Shown here in pieces: positions 61,700 through 64,000 of a stretch of 64,000 nucleotides of DNA. The notes under the pieces are model-generated. The model had not been told where the DNA came from and searched no databases. It saw nothing but the letters and a program-made list of their open reading frames with translations. Source of the DNA: Octopus vulgaris (Eukaryota). Location: NCBI GenBank assembly GCA_951406725.2, contig OX597842.1:32426001-32490000 (forward strand), read 5' to 3'. Within the stretch, counting starts at the first letter, position 1, and every line of letters begins with the position of its first letter. The translations under genes and the position numbers were made by a program.

Positions 61700-62480
61700 T
61701 GGTATTTCTTGACCCAGGTTATATAGGGCTCATGGAGGAAATCTTCTCCAGGGTTCATATCCATATACTCAAACCTATTCCCCATTTTTTAGGAGGGTGT
61801 AGCCACAACAAGGCACACACCAGGCATTCCGTTCATTTCCCAGCTCAAAGAAGCAAGTCCTGTCCTATGCTCGGGTCACAGTATAGAACGCAACCCCGAA
61901 TATCTGCAGCGGGGCCCGACAGTATATGCTGGTTTACCCCAGCCGCACCATGCTGGTTCTGTACCCCTCCGAGCAACATCCATCCACAAATACTCTCTAA
62001 GCCTTTCCTATCATTTATAAACTCTCTTGCCTCTATCACTCCAGCACCTCTGACCACCAAAGCTTTCCTCACTCCATCCATCCATCCACCCATCCACACA
62101 AACCGAGGTCTGCCTCTGGTTCTGCTCCCTACCACTTCTGTCTTCATCACCTTTCTTATCATCCGCTCCTCATCCATCCTTTCCATATGGCCAAACCACC
62201 TCAATATTCGTCTATCCAATTTGGATGTTAGTTTTTCTCCCAATCCTGCTCGTCTTTGCACCTCCTCATTCCTCATCCAGTCCATCCGTGCCACACCAAT
62301 CATAGCCCTCAAACACATCTAGTCGTGGCCAAACCACCACAACATTCGTCTATCCAATTTGGATGTTAGTTTTTCTCCCAATCCTGCTCGTCTTCGCACC
62401 TCCTCATTCCTCATCCAGTCCATCCGTGCCACACCAACCAGAGCCCTCAGACATCTCACCTCAAACACATCTACTAGACC
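61700..62480 (-). mobile_element. RTE-clade LINE 3' fragment with a ~140-bp tandem duplication
   Basis: CLRAMIGVARMDWMRNEEVQRRAG...RRILRWFGHMERMDEERMIRKVM..EVVGSRTRGRPR..W. 62188-62324 is repeated at 62326-62475. Confidence 0.9.
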
Positions 62481-62689
62481 TCCTTCTCAAGCAAATCTTC
62501 TCCAGGTAACTCTGGGACACGCACTATCAAATTACGGATACGATGCGTTCAGGTTCATATAAGCTTTGCACACAATTCATGGTATTGCTCCAGTATGGGC
62601 GCAGTGCAAGGATTGAAGGTAAAAGGAAATATCTAACTCTTTATTTCCGCTTTTTTTCCCATTCTGTGTTTCGTAATACTTTCTCGACT

Positions 62690-62821
62690 TTTCCTCCTCC
62701 TCCTCTTCCTGTCTATCTGTCTGTCTGTCTATTTATCCATCTATCCATCTCTCTCCTTCCCTCCCTCTCTCTCTTTTTCTCTTTCACTCTCTCCCTCTCT
62801 CACTTTTCTCTTTCTCTTTCT

Positions 62822-62876
<55 letters not shown>

Positions 62877-64000
62877 AGCCATCCATCCATCCGTCTGTCT
62901 GTCTGTCTCTCTTTCTATCTGCCGCCTTCTCTCCCTCTCTCTCTCCCAATCTCTTCCACTCTCTCTCTATCTCCGTCATTCATTAACACCATTCCTTCCC
63001 TCTCTCTTTCTTTTTCTTCTATTAGTCCCTCCCGTTCACACACCCACACACACACCCACGAACTTACTTCCACTCCCATACACACCCCCTCTCACATCAC
63101 GTGGTCATTCCCTTTTATGTCCCCTTACAAGTCCTTACAAGTCCTTCTTGTATTCCCACCCGACAACGCTCCTCATCGCAACTCCCACCTCACCCACCCA
63201 CCCCTCCCACCACACCCACCCCAAAACTCCTGCCCGCCCCTCTTTTCGTAAACTCGCCCCCATCCCGCCTCCTACCCTTTCCTACCCGTTGCCCAATAAC
63301 CACCACCACCAGGCCGCACTCCGCCACCCTCCTCCGTGTTTTCTCCTTTCCCTTCACCCCACCCTTATTTTTTTTTATATATTGTTTGTTTTTATTAAGA
63401 TTTTTTTATTGGTTAATTTTTTTTTTTTCCATTTTCCTTTCTTCGTCCACAAATCATTTCGCAAATCACGTGACACGGACCAGATTGAAAGCCACAACCT
63501 CTTAAAAACAAGGAACTGCTGCAGACCCCTTTTTTTACTAACCCTTTTCTCTTCTTTCCTCTGCTGCATACACTCCCAAACAAAACCACTTTATCCCGTG
63601 GGTAGGGGACTTCTTCTCCACCCCTTCTCCACCTTCTCATTCTCCCCCTATTCACCATCCTGCGCCATTTTTTATGCTCCACCTTCATTCTTCTCTCTTC
63701 CCACCAACTTTTTGTTCTCCCTCTGTCTCCTCCCTCTCTCTCTCTTTCTGTGTATCTCCCTATGCCTCTCTCTCTCTCCTACTCATCTTTCTGTATATCT
63801 CCTTCCTCACTCTTTTTCTCTCTTCCACTCTCTCGCTTCTTCTCTTTCACTCTCTCTCTCTCTCTCTCTCTCTTATCCACCTTTCTGTGTATCTCCTTCT
63901 TCCTTTCTCTCTCCCCTCCACTCTCGTTTCTTCTCTCTCTCTCTCTCTCTTATTCATCTTTCTCTGTATTTCCTTTTTCCTCTCTCTCCTTCACTCTCTC
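62690..64000. repeat. Pyrimidine-rich/(CT)n low-complexity region with a short unique island
   Basis: Directly visible. Confidence 0.85.

Overview
Eukaryotic, repeat-saturated non-coding window. The SINE families and extreme microsatellite density point to an Octopus genome (inference from recalled repeat sequences). No intact protein-coding gene is supported, and nearly all long ORFs in the track are microsatellite artefacts. Recognisable content: more than 20 tRNA-derived SINE copies from at least four families, including two tandem arrays of SINE 5' halves; decayed LINE fragments (CR1, RTE, R4/Dong); mariner and hAT transposase remnants; MITEs; a ~40-bp minisatellite that seems to have grown out of mariner coding sequence; two long palindromes; and one candidate minus-strand exon. 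The most notable signal is about ten type I hammerhead ribozyme motifs from several unrelated short elements, mostly next to (TA)n tracts and typical of Penelope-like elements or retrozymes. Two of them (22278-22360 +, 9626-9713 -) have intact catalytic cores, palindromic stem III and unusually long, branched stem II. Unique islands between microsatellites repeatedly carry YY1/Pho (AAAATGGCG), ETS and CTCF-like motifs. All calls were made by eye and element boundaries are approximate.
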